A stretch of DNA of 64,000 bases from Deltaproteobacteria bacterium GWB2_55_19 (GTDB taxonomy: Bacteria > Desulfobacterota > GWC2-55-46): positions 95,032 through 159,031 of the forward strand of contig MGPQ01000005.1 of assembly GCA_001797465.1 (NCBI GenBank), in the 5' to 3' direction. Under the pieces are notes generated by a model that did not search any database, was not told where the DNA came from, and saw only the letters and a list, made by a program, of their open reading frames with translations. This document shows positions 9,440 through 19,033 of the stretch, piece after piece. Numbering within the stretch: the first letter of the stretch is position 1; the number at the start of each line of letters is the position of its first letter. The translations under genes were made by a program, and so were the position numbers.

Positions 9440-10153
9440 TCACTGCCATATCTTCTTGTACTTGTCTATCCTATTGGTCTTTATCTTTCCCATGACGACG
9501 GAAAGAGCCAGTATGAGTATCGAAAAAAGACTTACAATCGTCAGGAAATAAACACTCGGGATGAGCTGCTCGATGAACTTGGTCATCCACAGATAAGTCT
9601 TGTAGCCGGGACGTAGAAACTCAGGGAGCTTCCAGATCATGCGCAGGATGTGGTCAGGCGTTAGAAAATTAAAGTACAGGATGTGAACTACAATAAACAT
9701 AACGATGGTTGAGAGAACTATAACGGAAGCCATTCCGAAGGTAACGGCATAAATCGCCTTTCGGGTAATGTTTTTACAGTATGTTTTCCTCAGAATTGCA
9801 AAAACTAACAACGAAGTGACGAGACTCGACGAGACGGTAAATAGTAGGATAAATACTCTTTCGAAAGTCGAAGGCGAATATGAGCCGAAAACCGGGATAA
9901 TCCCATCATGCGCGGCGAACATAAACAGAGAGAGAATAAAGGTCGCAACGGAGCTGAAGGCGGAAACCCTGCCCCCTTCGATCCAATATGTACGCATCTT
10001 TTCAGTCGTAAGAACCTCTTCAGGTATGGACGAGCCTTCCTTTTCAGCGACCGAATACTGTTCTATATCGCTCAGAACCTGCAGAAGTCCTTTGGGTAAA
10101 TTCTTGGAATTCGTCGTTGTTGTAACAATTGCCCCATCCTTATCCCTTGCCAT
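9440..10153 (-). CDS. polytopic membrane protein, unknown function
   Basis: A 237-aa protein with 4-5 predicted TM helices. Confidence 0.35.
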   Translation of the reverse strand: MARDKDGAIVTTTTNSKNLPKGLLQVLSDIEQYSVAEKEGSSIPEEVLTTEKMRTYWIEGGRVSAFSSVATFILSLFMFAAHDGIIPVFGSYSPSTFERVFILLFTVSSSLVTSLLVFAILRKTYCKNITRKAIYAVTFGMASVIVLSTIVMFIVVHILYFNFLTPDHILRMIWKLPEFLRPGYKTYLWMTKFIEQLIPSVYFLTIVSLFSILILALSVVMGKIKTNRIDKYKKIWQ

Positions 10154-10236
10154 ATTTAACCTCCTACTGTATAAATATGCCGTTCCTCGTAAAAAAATCC
10201 CTTGAGCCGAAAAAAGCTTAAAAATACTTACGGTCT

Positions 10237-11112
10237 TCAGGACCGGCAGATGCCTGACCTGTGGCTCGGCCAGTCGAAAACAAATATCCTGCTGTTACAG
10301 ATCCTGTCCTGAAACCTGTCCATGCATTGATTGCCGATAAGCTTCGTAAGAGTGACGTAATCCCTGTTGCTCGTCCCTATAAGAGGCTTTTTCCTCTCAT
10401 ATCTCCCGTCGATGACATCATAGAGGATGTTCTGCTCGGCTGAACTTCCAAACTGACCGCCCAATTCGTCTATCACGAGGAGATCGACGTCTATCATCTT
10501 CTTTATTACCTCTGATGCCCTTTCTTTTGTACCGTCCTGCCAGGATTCCTTAACTCGCCGGAATAATTCCGCTGCTTTGACATACTTTGCGGAATAACCA
10601 CGGACCGCCAGAGACTGCACCGCAGCGCATGCCAGATGCGTCTTACCGGTCCCTGGACTGCCAAGGAATAAAAGCCATGTGCCGAGCTTTCTTATGGTCT
10701 CGAAATTTTCAGTATAGGTCCTGGCTACATCAGCCACTTCAGATTGTTTTGCACTCTCAACTCTGTAATCGTCAAACGTCTTACCCAAAAACAACTCGTT
10801 AACGCCGGTCTGTCTGATCCTGACATCCGTAATCGTCGACATGCCTGCATACTTGAATCTGGTATCCGTCACCGCCGGAGACGAACGTGAATTATCGGGC
10901 TGATTTAACGCCCCGCCGCAGCCGCACGGTGTAGGAACCCATCCAGGTCCCGACAATCCTGTATGCTTGAAAAGAAACGATAGACTCTCGCCTATCCAGA
11001 TATATTGAAGATCGGAGCCGCAATAGGGACACGTAGATACCGGCTTGGACGGTCTTTTCTCCGAATATGAATGCTCCATTAAGTCGCTGATTTTACAAAT
11101 ATTGCTCTGCAT
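10237..11112 (-). CDS. DnaC/IstB-like AAA+ helicase loader with N-terminal zinc finger
   Basis: Walker A LLFLGSPGTGKTHLACA and Walker B LLVIDELG are present. An N-terminal C..C zinc ribbon is also present. Confidence 0.7.
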   Translation of the reverse strand: MQSNICKISDLMEHSYSEKRPSKPVSTCPYCGSDLQYIWIGESLSFLFKHTGLSGPGWVPTPCGCGGALNQPDNSRSSPAVTDTRFKYAGMSTITDVRIRQTGVNELFLGKTFDDYRVESAKQSEVADVARTYTENFETIRKLGTWLLFLGSPGTGKTHLACAAVQSLAVRGYSAKYVKAAELFRRVKESWQDGTKERASEVIKKMIDVDLLVIDELGGQFGSSAEQNILYDVIDGRYERKKPLIGTSNRDYVTLTKLIGNQCMDRFQDRICNSRIFVFDWPSHRSGICRS

Positions 11113-11115
11113 GTT

Positions 11116-12261
11116 TTAATTCACCTCCAGAAACGGCAGTTTATTCCTTTCGAGTATGTGGTCGGGAACGCCGAAGTTCTTAGCGGCCAGCTTTACAACC
11201 TGGCTGTTTTTCCGCCAGAAGGCTTCTATGTCAGCAAACTTACTCCTGAATTTCGCAAGGCTTTTTACTTCATCGCCGAAAATCCAGTCAACATTCCTGC
11301 CTGCCGGAGAGGTATCCCTGTAGTAAAGATACAGTCTGCGTATATAATCCTCCGGATCCTGTAAATCGCGCCTGCCGCCTAGGCTCTTTAGGAGTTCGCT
11401 GAATATTTTAGCTATCCTGCCGCCTCCGTTCCCGTTAAGTTTCTCGGGTGGAGAGTTTTCCCAAAGCCCGTGATACCAGTCGATAAGACGCCTGATCGCC
11501 GGATCTGCCTGCTTCTCTTTCGCCTTTGCCTTCAACTTCGCATTCGTTTTTGCTTCACCGCTGTTTTTATCGAGCGCGAATGTATTTAAGTCTTTAGTAT
11601 TTATACTTGTCTTTGTATTTAATAATTTCGTGGCACCTCCAGCATGCCGGGATTCAGCAATATGACGCTTTTCAACTGGAATCGCCTCAGGCTGCCCGCT
11701 CTTCACAATCTTGTCAGCCTGTTTTCCACCTTCTTGTTTGTCGGTTTTCAGCAAGCTGGTGTTTTTCATGATGAATTGTCCCAGTTTGTTAGTTTCTAGG
11801 GTACTTGTCTGCTGGTTTTTGGCATTATGTTGATCTTCAAGAAGGATTCCCTCGGGCTGTTTAACTCCAACAATCTTGTCCGCTGATCTCCTCACACTTG
11901 TTTGCTGGTTATCAGCATTATGTTGATTTGAAAAGAAAATCCCGCTGAAGAACGCGTTTATCCTGTCCATGTTGAGCCTGTAGTAAAGCTTGCGTGGGCA
12001 ACCTGCGTATTTTTCTTCCAAGAACCCGAGATCCTTGAGCAACCTTCTCGAGGACTCCTGTTCGCACCTTGACAACCCTGTTTCCTCGCTCATCTCACGT
12101 TGTGTCTTATTAAGCCATCCGTCCGGAGTCTGCTCCTCCCCCTTCCAGTAAAGCATCTGACACAAAAAAATCGTGGCCGTAACGCTGCCCGTTAAAGGAA
12201 CCAGCCCCGGATAATAGGCGATAGGTTTCCCGATTCTCTGCAAATAGTCGGTCAGATGCAT
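11116..12261 (-). CDS. replication initiator (phage O / DnaD-like winged-helix N-domain); start taken at the ATG at 12261 with GAGGAG RBS
   Basis: The segment LTGSVTATIFLCQMLYWKG..GWLNKTQREMSEETGLSRCEQESSRRLLKDLGFL has the pattern of Phage_rep_O-type initiators. The longer 457-aa ORF in the table would overlap the upstream small gene by 200 nt. Confidence 0.4.
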   Translation of the reverse strand: MHLTDYLQRIGKPIAYYPGLVPLTGSVTATIFLCQMLYWKGEEQTPDGWLNKTQREMSEETGLSRCEQESSRRLLKDLGFLEEKYAGCPRKLYYRLNMDRINAFFSGIFFSNQHNADNQQTSVRRSADKIVGVKQPEGILLEDQHNAKNQQTSTLETNKLGQFIMKNTSLLKTDKQEGGKQADKIVKSGQPEAIPVEKRHIAESRHAGGATKLLNTKTSINTKDLNTFALDKNSGEAKTNAKLKAKAKEKQADPAIRRLIDWYHGLWENSPPEKLNGNGGGRIAKIFSELLKSLGGRRDLQDPEDYIRRLYLYYRDTSPAGRNVDWIFGDEVKSLAKFRSKFADIEAFWRKNSQVVKLAAKNFGVPDHILERNKLPFLEVN

Positions 12262-12287
12262 CTCTTTACTCCTCAAAGATTCGGAAG

Positions 12288-12521
12288 TCACTTCAACAAG
12301 GTTCCGCAATAAGTAAATAACAACGTCAAGATAAGCAGGATGATCGTCAGGCCGAACCTTCGAACAACAAGGGCATACATACTCATCACCAGAAGCGCCG
12401 AAGCAAAAATATGTGCCGTAAAGCCATAGAACAGGGTTGATATCAGATAGAACCACCATTCTCTGTAAGCTTCCGGCGTCACACCCCAATTTGTAGGATT
12501 AAAGTACTCAAAAGAAGACAT
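12288..12521 (-). CDS. small two-TM membrane protein
   Basis: A 77-aa hydrophobic protein. Coding status is uncertain. Confidence 0.3.
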   Translation of the reverse strand: MSSFEYFNPTNWGVTPEAYREWWFYLISTLFYGFTAHIFASALLVMSMYALVVRRFGLTIILLILTLLFTYCGTLLK

Positions 12522-12533
12522 TCATTATCCTCT

Positions 12534-13943
12534 TTAAATGCCGCTTATTTTCGGGAATTGCACCCGTATATACGGGTCATGAACCATGGCCGTCTCCCCT
12601 TTGAACATTATCCCCTCCTTCCGCATGTAGAACCATCGTGGGGCAAGAGCCACAACCCGTTCTTTCAGCACAAGCCTTTCTTCAACTTCCCTTAAAGACA
12701 CCCCCGTCTTCTCCCCCGAAAGATTCAGGATTGGCTGCTGCATCTTCTTGAGTGGCGTCGATTCCTCTACGAATTTCGAGGTCTTTTCATGGTTGACCCG
12801 CATGAAAACCCACGTATTGATGTTATCCAGGATGGACTGAGCCGCTTCCAAGCCTATCTCTTCCTCTATCTGCGCGATACTCTGGGTGAAGAAATGAAGC
12901 CACACCCCGGCGCCTCCGCCCTTGTTGAAAAGCTCCTGTATCCCCTTGTAAAGCACGTTATGCCCCTCGTCCACATAGACGCACAGAGGCGGATTGAGCG
13001 TCCTGCCGGAAGCGAAAAACCGTCCTACCGTTGACTGGATCATCGAAAGAAGCACCCTCCCGATTATGTGAGCGGTCCGGCGCGACAGAAGGCTTCCTGT
13101 ATTGCATACGAGTATCACCCCCCTGTTCCCTTCCTCGAACCTCTTTACAAATTCATTGGTGTAGGCCTTGCCTATGATGCGTCCTGTGGTGGATGACGTG
13201 AGAGCCGTAAGGGTGGTCCTCAACGACGAAGACACTTTTGCGAAAAAATCGGTCGGAGAAGCTATGATCTGTGCTATATCGGCGCATACCTCCTGGGCGA
13301 CCGTAGCCACGGCATGGTCAGTATGGTCCTTCAACATCGAGATGGTCTCCCTGAACTGCTCAAGGCTCTCGCGGCTGGACCTCTGTTTAATGTCGTAAAA
13401 ACTGAGCCTCGGCTTTTCGCCCTTGGCCTTCGCCAGCGCAATAAGCCCCTCAACGATTACGGTGCTTATCTCGCTAGCTACGTTAATGAAGTATTCCTCC
13501 TTGGCCCGGATGCCGGAAACCACGTGGTCCACAAGTTCATCAGGCATGTAAAAGTGCGCGAGCGGGTCTATCCGCAGGGAGTAATCGGGATATATAGGAG
13601 TGACAAGCATAAGGTCATTTAAACGGCCGGATTCGACTGCGGACTGAACAACCATGGAAAATAGGTCCTGGTCGCCTTTCGGGTCTATGACTATTACGTT
13701 TCTCCCCCCCTTGATATCCTGCGTAATAAGGTGAGTTAAAAGTCTGGTCTTCCCTATCCTCGTGGTGCCGAAACAACCGAAATGACCGGCCCTTTCACGT
13801 GCACTGAGATAAAGAGGATGAGGTTTTATCTCCGAACGCAGACTTTTAACGAGAGACACACCCCTGCCAAGACATATACGACCGCCATCATTGGTTGTAC
13901 TGCCCTTCCTGTTGATATTGAACAACGTATCGATATCTGACAT
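12534..13943 (-). CDS. AAA-like (HerA/TraG/VirB4-like DUF87) P-loop ATPase
   Basis: A Walker A motif (FGTTRIGKTRL) and a VIVIDPKGD motif typical of HerA/VirB4/T4CP ATPases are present. The start ATG overlaps the upstream stop as TGATG, suggesting translational coupling. Confidence 0.5.
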   Translation of the reverse strand: MSDIDTLFNINRKGSTTNDGGRICLGRGVSLVKSLRSEIKPHPLYLSARERAGHFGCFGTTRIGKTRLLTHLITQDIKGGRNVIVIDPKGDQDLFSMVVQSAVESGRLNDLMLVTPIYPDYSLRIDPLAHFYMPDELVDHVVSGIRAKEEYFINVASEISTVIVEGLIALAKAKGEKPRLSFYDIKQRSSRESLEQFRETISMLKDHTDHAVATVAQEVCADIAQIIASPTDFFAKVSSSLRTTLTALTSSTTGRIIGKAYTNEFVKRFEEGNRGVILVCNTGSLLSRRTAHIIGRVLLSMIQSTVGRFFASGRTLNPPLCVYVDEGHNVLYKGIQELFNKGGGAGVWLHFFTQSIAQIEEEIGLEAAQSILDNINTWVFMRVNHEKTSKFVEESTPLKKMQQPILNLSGEKTGVSLREVEERLVLKERVVALAPRWFYMRKEGIMFKGETAMVHDPYIRVQFPKISGI

Positions 13944-14353
13944 CAGAACCTGGCCTCCGTTTTTTTGACTTCCGAGGGCGGACATTCAGCTCTCAATATG
14001 GCCCCCCAGACGCTGACCTCTACATTGTATTTCTCACCGGACATACCCTTGACAATCCCCGAGAACCCCTCGTAACGGCCACCGACTATCCTTACCGGAG
14101 TCCCCGGAGGGTAAATCTCCTTTTTTATGAGCTCGGAGATCCGGCCGGCATCCTTGAGAAACGTTGTGTAGCTCCCTTTGAAATACTCGATCCGCGCTGC
14201 GGTTACGAACTCCTCCGGCAGAAATCGTGAAGGGTCCACGTTCACAAACAGATAATCGGGCAGCTTGGTCTCATAGACCTTTAGCTCCTCGACCTTCTTA
14301 AGGATGTTGAGTATCAGTTTTATCTTCTTCGGTGCCGCGTGAATCAGATACAT
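13943..14353 (-). CDS. NusG-family (KOW-domain) specialised transcription elongation/antitermination factor candidate
   Basis: The C-terminal GTPVRIVGGRYEGFSGIVKGMSGEKYNVEVSVWGAILRAECPPSEVKK aligns with the NusG KOW motif (G..VR...G.F..F.G.V......K..V.VS..G....VE). An NGN-like N-terminal segment is present. Confidence 0.5.
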   Translation of the reverse strand: MYLIHAAPKKIKLILNILKKVEELKVYETKLPDYLFVNVDPSRFLPEEFVTAARIEYFKGSYTTFLKDAGRISELIKKEIYPPGTPVRIVGGRYEGFSGIVKGMSGEKYNVEVSVWGAILRAECPPSEVKKTEARF

Positions 14354-14969
14354 GTTTTCCGTTCCTTGAAAATTTATTCAACAGGAAATCCAGCCTCCTG
14401 TTGAGGTATTCGAACCTCGCAGGGCGCATGCCCTCGAAGGTCTTTACTCCCAACTTTCCCTTATAAGACGTTTCTTTGGAAAGAATCGCCTCCGCCTCTT
14501 CACCAGTCAGTTCCGCAAGCCTCTTGAGCTTCTCCTCGACGGCGTTCCTTAAAGAGTCGTATTCCTCTCCCATGCCGAGTGAAAGCCCGGACCTTCCCAC
14601 CAGGTCGTATATCCTCATGGCTATGAATTTGTCGGACTTCATATGTATGGTAAATGAGATGCTTGTTTTGCGTGAAATAATAGACCTCATGATGCCTCTG
14701 AACACTACTCCTTCCAGATTGAAGACCAGCATCGTCCTGTCCGTGCCGACTTCGATTTTCTTTAGAAAATCCGAGATTTCCTTGCGCGGAGTGGGATTCT
14801 TGAGCGATAAGGACAAACATCCGTTCCCTGAATGCGTGTAACTGACAAAATTGACCGGAAAATTCGTATACATCTTGGTCTCCATCGCTGGCTCCTGATA
14901 CTTGTATATTACCGACCGAGACATCTTCGGCAAGGGAGGAAAATAATGATTTCCAACAAAAAAAGGCAT
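14298..14969 (-). CDS. hypothetical protein
   Basis: A 223-aa ORF in the co-oriented block with no recognisable motif. Confidence 0.35.
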   Translation of the reverse strand: MPFFVGNHYFPPLPKMSRSVIYKYQEPAMETKMYTNFPVNFVSYTHSGNGCLSLSLKNPTPRKEISDFLKKIEVGTDRTMLVFNLEGVVFRGIMRSIISRKTSISFTIHMKSDKFIAMRIYDLVGRSGLSLGMGEEYDSLRNAVEEKLKRLAELTGEEAEAILSKETSYKGKLGVKTFEGMRPARFEYLNRRLDFLLNKFSRNGKHVSDSRGTEEDKTDTQHP

Positions 14970-15006
14970 ACCCGAGGGTATGCCTTTTAAGGTTAGTTTC
15001 CCTTAT

Positions 15007-15438
15007 TTAAAAAGGAACGTTCAAATCCGAGATATCAGGCGGAACATCATCCGCCAGAGGAGAAGCCTTAGATGCACCCTGGGATGACGTACCATTGGAG
15101 ACCTTAGACACATCATCCTTCTTACCCAGTATCTGAACCGTGTTCGCCAATATCTCGGTCGTAGTACGCTTGTTTCCTTCCTTATCCTCCCAGCTACGAG
15201 TCTGAAGCTTGCCCTCCAGGTAAACCTGCCGGCCCTTGGAGAGATACTCCCCGCAAATCTCCGCGAGCTTTCCGAAGGCTATGACCCTGTGCCATTCGGT
15301 CTTCGTCTCCTTCTGGCCGTCCTTGTTGCGAGTCTCACTGGTAGCCAGGCTAAAATTCGCCACCGCGGTGCCTGACGGCGTATAACGCATCTCGACATCT
15401 TTCCCCAGAAACCCTAAAAGAATTACCTTATTTACCAT
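15007..15438 (-). CDS. ssb: single-stranded DNA-binding protein
   Basis: It has an OB-fold SSB pattern and an acidic C-terminal tail [14 protein letters not shown] (the SSB D-I/L-P-F tail). Confidence 0.8.
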   Translation of the reverse strand: MVNKVILLGFLGKDVEMRYTPSGTAVANFSLATSETRNKDGQKETKTEWHRVIAFGKLAEICGEYLSKGRQVYLEGKLQTRSWEDKEGNKRTTTEILANTVQILGKKDDVSKVSNGTSSQGASKASPLADDVPPDISDLNVPF

Positions 15439-15453
15439 TTTAAATTACCCCCT

Positions 15454-15825
15454 TTAATTGTTATCCACAACGGGATCTATCTGATATCCGTATGCCCAAT
15501 GACCGTTATCAAGAGAAACGACTCCATGGGCTTTGATATCTCTCCAGGGCGCCTCGGAAACCTGCTGTCCGTATTTGCCGATACAACGTGTCTCCATACC
15601 GGTAACGACTGCAAGCTTCTCCTGAGCCTCTCCCCAACATCCCTTCCAGCGGACCGTATCGCCTATCTTGAGCGGTCTATCCATAGGTTCCCTCGTCTTC
15701 ATGGCCGTCGGGGCATCCATCAAAGTTGGCGCAGTAAGGAAGACGGAATACGCCGCCATCCTCAAAACTGAACTCGTTGAAAGATAGGCCCGGACACCCA
15801 TAGCATGGGTAGGGCTTGACTCCAA
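15454..15825 (-). CDS. hypothetical protein
   Basis: A 123-aa ORF that starts after the NrdJ stop. The alternative overlapping ORF 15677..16018 runs into nrdJ and is rejected. Confidence 0.3.
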   Translation of the reverse strand: MESSPTHAMGVRAYLSTSSVLRMAAYSVFLTAPTLMDAPTAMKTREPMDRPLKIGDTVRWKGCWGEAQEKLAVVTGMETRCIGKYGQQVSEAPWRDIKAHGVVSLDNGHWAYGYQIDPVVDNN

Positions 15826-15869
15826 CCTTTACAGGCATATTATTTTGAGTCAGCATGAAAGTCCCTCCC

Positions 15870-17915
15870 TTAACACTTAGAAAAACCGCACGAGTAACAC
15901 TTCGTGCAGCCTTCCTCCATAACCAGCTCCCCTCCGCAATCCGGACAGGACAGGGACTTGAACCTGACCTCTCTGCCAAGGCTTTCCAGCGCCTTCTGCA
16001 GCCCCTTGTTGACGGCAAGGAGCGGAGAAGTTATATCCCCGTACTGCAGATAGCTCTTGTAAAGCTGCTCCAGCACCTCATCATACGGCACGCCATGCCT
16101 TAGAGACTGCGAGATAAGCCGCGCTATGCACTCGACCCACGGTCTCGAAGCGCCCTGTGGAGGAACAGTTACAAACACCTCCTTAGGCTCTCCATCCAGA
16201 TGACTTACGTGGATGTAATACCTGCCCTCCTTAGTATCAACCTTGACGCGTTTTTCATCGATGATATCCGGAAGTACGCCGTCTCCATGAGCAGGGCTCT
16301 CCGAGGCGGCCTTCCTGATGACCTGTTTTACGCGGCTTCCGTCCCTATAGACAGTTATCCCCTTGCAACCGAGAGAGTACGCCGAAAGGAATGCCTCTTC
16401 GACATCTTCTTTCGATGCCTCAATCGGCATGTTTACAGTCTTGGATACCGCGTTGTCCGTATTCTTCTGAAAGGCCGCCTGATGTTTTATGTGCCATCCA
16501 ACAGCCACCTGTGAAGCCGTAACGAACCATTCAGGAAGAAATGGCAGGTCTTTCACCTCGGCGAAAAGCGGATGTTCCCAGGTGAACGTTTCGTCCACCT
16601 GCTCGCTTTCGCCCCTCCAGGCGAAGACCGGCTCTATACCCGAGGAACAACCAGCTATGATGGATATCGAACCCGTAGGAGCTATAGTTGTAAGGGTCGC
16701 GTTCCGGACCTTTATCCCCCTTCTTTCCCAAGTGCTCCCTTTGTAGTTGGGGAAGTTCCCCCTGGAATTAGCGAGGTCCGAGCTGGCTGAAACGGCCTTT
16801 TCATGAATGAAACTCATGACCTTTTCCGCGAGTTTGACCGCCTCCATTGAGTTGTATCTGATCCTTAGCTCCAGAAGCATGTCCGCCCACCCCATGACTC
16901 CGATGCCGATCTTGCGATTCAATTTGGTAATCTTCTCTATCTGAGGGATCGGATAGCGGTTCATGTCGATGACGTTATCGAGGAAGTGGACCGCCTTCTT
17001 CACCGTATCCCCAAGTCTGGACCAGTCGACCGCTCCGTCTTTTGTCATCAATGAGAGGTTGATGGAGCCTAAGTTGCACGACTCGTACGGCAGGAGCGGC
17101 TGCTCCCCGCAGGGATTCGTTGCCTCTATCTTTCCGGTGTGCGGGGTGGGGTTGTGCTCATTGATCCTATCAATAAAGACTACCCCTGGCTCCCCGTTCT
17201 TCCATGCCTGCTCCACCACCCTCTCGAAGACATCCTTCGCCCTGATCTCTCCTACTGCCTTTCCGGTCCGCGGATTTACCAGCTGATATGTTGAATCATT
17301 TTTCAAGGCTTCCATGAAGCCGTCCGTCACGGCTACCGACAGATTGAAGTTGGAGATAGCTCCTTCCATGTCCTTGCAGGAGACGAACTCCATTATGTCC
17401 GGATGGTCTACACGGAGGATGCCCATGTTCGCACCCCTTCTCGTTCCACCCTGCTTGACCTGCTCAGTGGAGGCGTCATAGACCTTCATAAATGAAATCG
17501 GTCCGGACGCGACCCCCATCGTGCTTTTTACGATGTCCCCCGCAGGCCTGAGCCTTGAGAACGAAAACCCCGTGCCTCCTCCGCTCTGATGGACGAATGC
17601 CGCGTTTTTGAGGGTCTCATAGATGCCCATAAGATCGTCCTCAACCGGCAGGACGAAACAGGCAGAAAGCTGCTGAAGCTCCCTCCCGGCATTCATGAGC
17701 GTCGGGGAATTGGGCAGGAACTCAAGACTCGACATCATTTCGTAGAACTCACGAGCCGTTGCATCGCAGTCGGTCCCGGGGTCATAACACTTATCGCCCA
17801 GTGCTACGTTTATGGCTACGCGCCTGAACATCTCCTCCGGTGTCTCCACGACATTGCCGCCAGCGTCTTTTTTTAGATAACGCTTCTCTAAAACCTTAAG
17901 CGCATTACCGTTCAT
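15870..17915 (-). CDS. nrdJ: class II adenosylcobalamin-dependent ribonucleotide reductase
   Basis: A 681-aa protein. The N-terminus NALKVLEKRYL and the catalytic core are NrdJ-like. A C-terminal zinc ribbon CPDCGG..CTKCYSCG is present. Confidence 0.85.
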   Translation of the reverse strand: MNGNALKVLEKRYLKKDAGGNVVETPEEMFRRVAINVALGDKCYDPGTDCDATAREFYEMMSSLEFLPNSPTLMNAGRELQQLSACFVLPVEDDLMGIYETLKNAAFVHQSGGGTGFSFSRLRPAGDIVKSTMGVASGPISFMKVYDASTEQVKQGGTRRGANMGILRVDHPDIMEFVSCKDMEGAISNFNLSVAVTDGFMEALKNDSTYQLVNPRTGKAVGEIRAKDVFERVVEQAWKNGEPGVVFIDRINEHNPTPHTGKIEATNPCGEQPLLPYESCNLGSINLSLMTKDGAVDWSRLGDTVKKAVHFLDNVIDMNRYPIPQIEKITKLNRKIGIGVMGWADMLLELRIRYNSMEAVKLAEKVMSFIHEKAVSASSDLANSRGNFPNYKGSTWERRGIKVRNATLTTIAPTGSISIIAGCSSGIEPVFAWRGESEQVDETFTWEHPLFAEVKDLPFLPEWFVTASQVAVGWHIKHQAAFQKNTDNAVSKTVNMPIEASKEDVEEAFLSAYSLGCKGITVYRDGSRVKQVIRKAASESPAHGDGVLPDIIDEKRVKVDTKEGRYYIHVSHLDGEPKEVFVTVPPQGASRPWVECIARLISQSLRHGVPYDEVLEQLYKSYLQYGDITSPLLAVNKGLQKALESLGREVRFKSLSCPDCGGELVMEEGCTKCYSCGFSKC

Positions 17916-17927
17916 TTATCTCACCTC

Positions 17928-18179
17928 CTAAATGCCAACCGTATCAAGGGCCCTTACTATGATCTCAGCCCTTTCCGTATCCTCCATGCCCATGAGAGCG
18001 TTGCGGATCTGGTCTGCCAGGAACATCCTCACCGAAAGCGGTATCTTTTTACTCTCGGCACTTACGAGAGCCAGAAAAGCCGCCTCCTTGCGACTAGCCA
18101 GATGCAGCATCTTTTCAAAGTCAGACTTCTCCTCTTGCTCTTTAAAATCGTACTTCTCCGTTACGGCTGCGTTTTCCAT
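17928..18179 (-). CDS. hypothetical protein
   Basis: An 83-aa acidic ORF immediately upstream of nrdJ. Confidence 0.3.
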   Translation of the reverse strand: MENAAVTEKYDFKEQEEKSDFEKMLHLASRKEAAFLALVSAESKKIPLSVRMFLADQIRNALMGMEDTERAEIIVRALDTVGI

Positions 18180-18424
18180 CTCAAACCCCCTTCCATTCTT
18201 TTTATGTTTCAGATTACGCGGTATGTGTAGGAGCCTACCTGCACGGCAAAATAAGGCGCGGCAAACAGGTTCCTGAACACTTCCTGGGGGTTAAGAAAAT
18301 TCCCCCTTACCGTATCTATTAACTCTTTCATGCTTATTTCCTCTTTTCCTCCGATAACATCCTCCTTGACTATCCTCATGTCCTCTCTCCTTTCTGTTGA
18401 AAATCCGATAACTTTTGTAATCCC

Positions 18425-19033
18425 TTATGCCTCCTGTACTCTCCCAACCACCGTAAAACAGCCGGGTTCTAGAGATTTCCTGTTAAGCCTAAAACGCCCG
18501 TAGGATGTCTCAAACCCTCCGTTTTCGGTAGGGTGAGCGATCTTGAAACGCAGAGGCCTCGAGACCGTAACCGCAAGATGCCGCGTAACGGATCCGTTCG
18601 TAAAACGAATAGGCTCGGCGAACTCAAGAACATCCCCGACATGCAGCTTCGGTGCGTTCTTTTTCATCTCAAGCATTTCCCGGCATTGATCTCTCCACTT
18701 ATTCGCCAACCCGTTAGAAGTCGGTGTCAGGAGATTCAAAATGCGTTCAGGGCAGTCGTAATTAAACGGCCCCATGTTCTCGTCCATGTCCTTGAACCCG
18801 AAGTTGTAGTAATCCTTCGAGTAGCCAAGGAGACATACGCAAGCCACGACCTCTCTATTCGAGGAGATGATTTCATACGCAAGGTACGCCGTTTTCAACC
18901 TTACGACGGCGCAATCGAGCACTTTTCTTAAAATCACACTCCCGTCCTCTCTTTTTTCCTCGTCGTTCCACCGGCTGGAAAAGAAATCAAAAATGCTTTC
19001 TCCCTGTTCCTTGTGGGTCCACGTCCACCCCAT
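18425..19033 (-). CDS. hypothetical protein
   Basis: A 202-aa ORF. It is the first gene after intergenic element copy 1. Confidence 0.4.
   Translation of the reverse strand: MGWTWTHKEQGESIFDFFSSRWNDEEKREDGSVILRKVLDCAVVRLKTAYLAYEIISSNREVVACVCLLGYSKDYYNFGFKDMDENMGPFNYDCPERILNLLTPTSNGLANKWRDQCREMLEMKKNAPKLHVGDVLEFAEPIRFTNGSVTRHLAVTVSRPLRFKIAHPTENGGFETSYGRFRLNRKSLEPGCFTVVGRVQEA

Noticed and set aside
11116-12489. Longer 457-aa version of the initiator ORF
   Set aside because: It would overlap the 77-aa upstream ORF by 200 nt. An internal ATG at 12261 has a strong GAGGAG RBS and coincides with the start of the recognisable winged-helix domain. The longer form cannot be excluded.
15677-16018. 113-aa minus ORF overlapping the 3-prime end of nrdJ
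   Set aside because: It overlaps the last ~150 nt of a well-supported gene in another frame. The alternative 15454..15825 ORF starts cleanly after the nrdJ stop.
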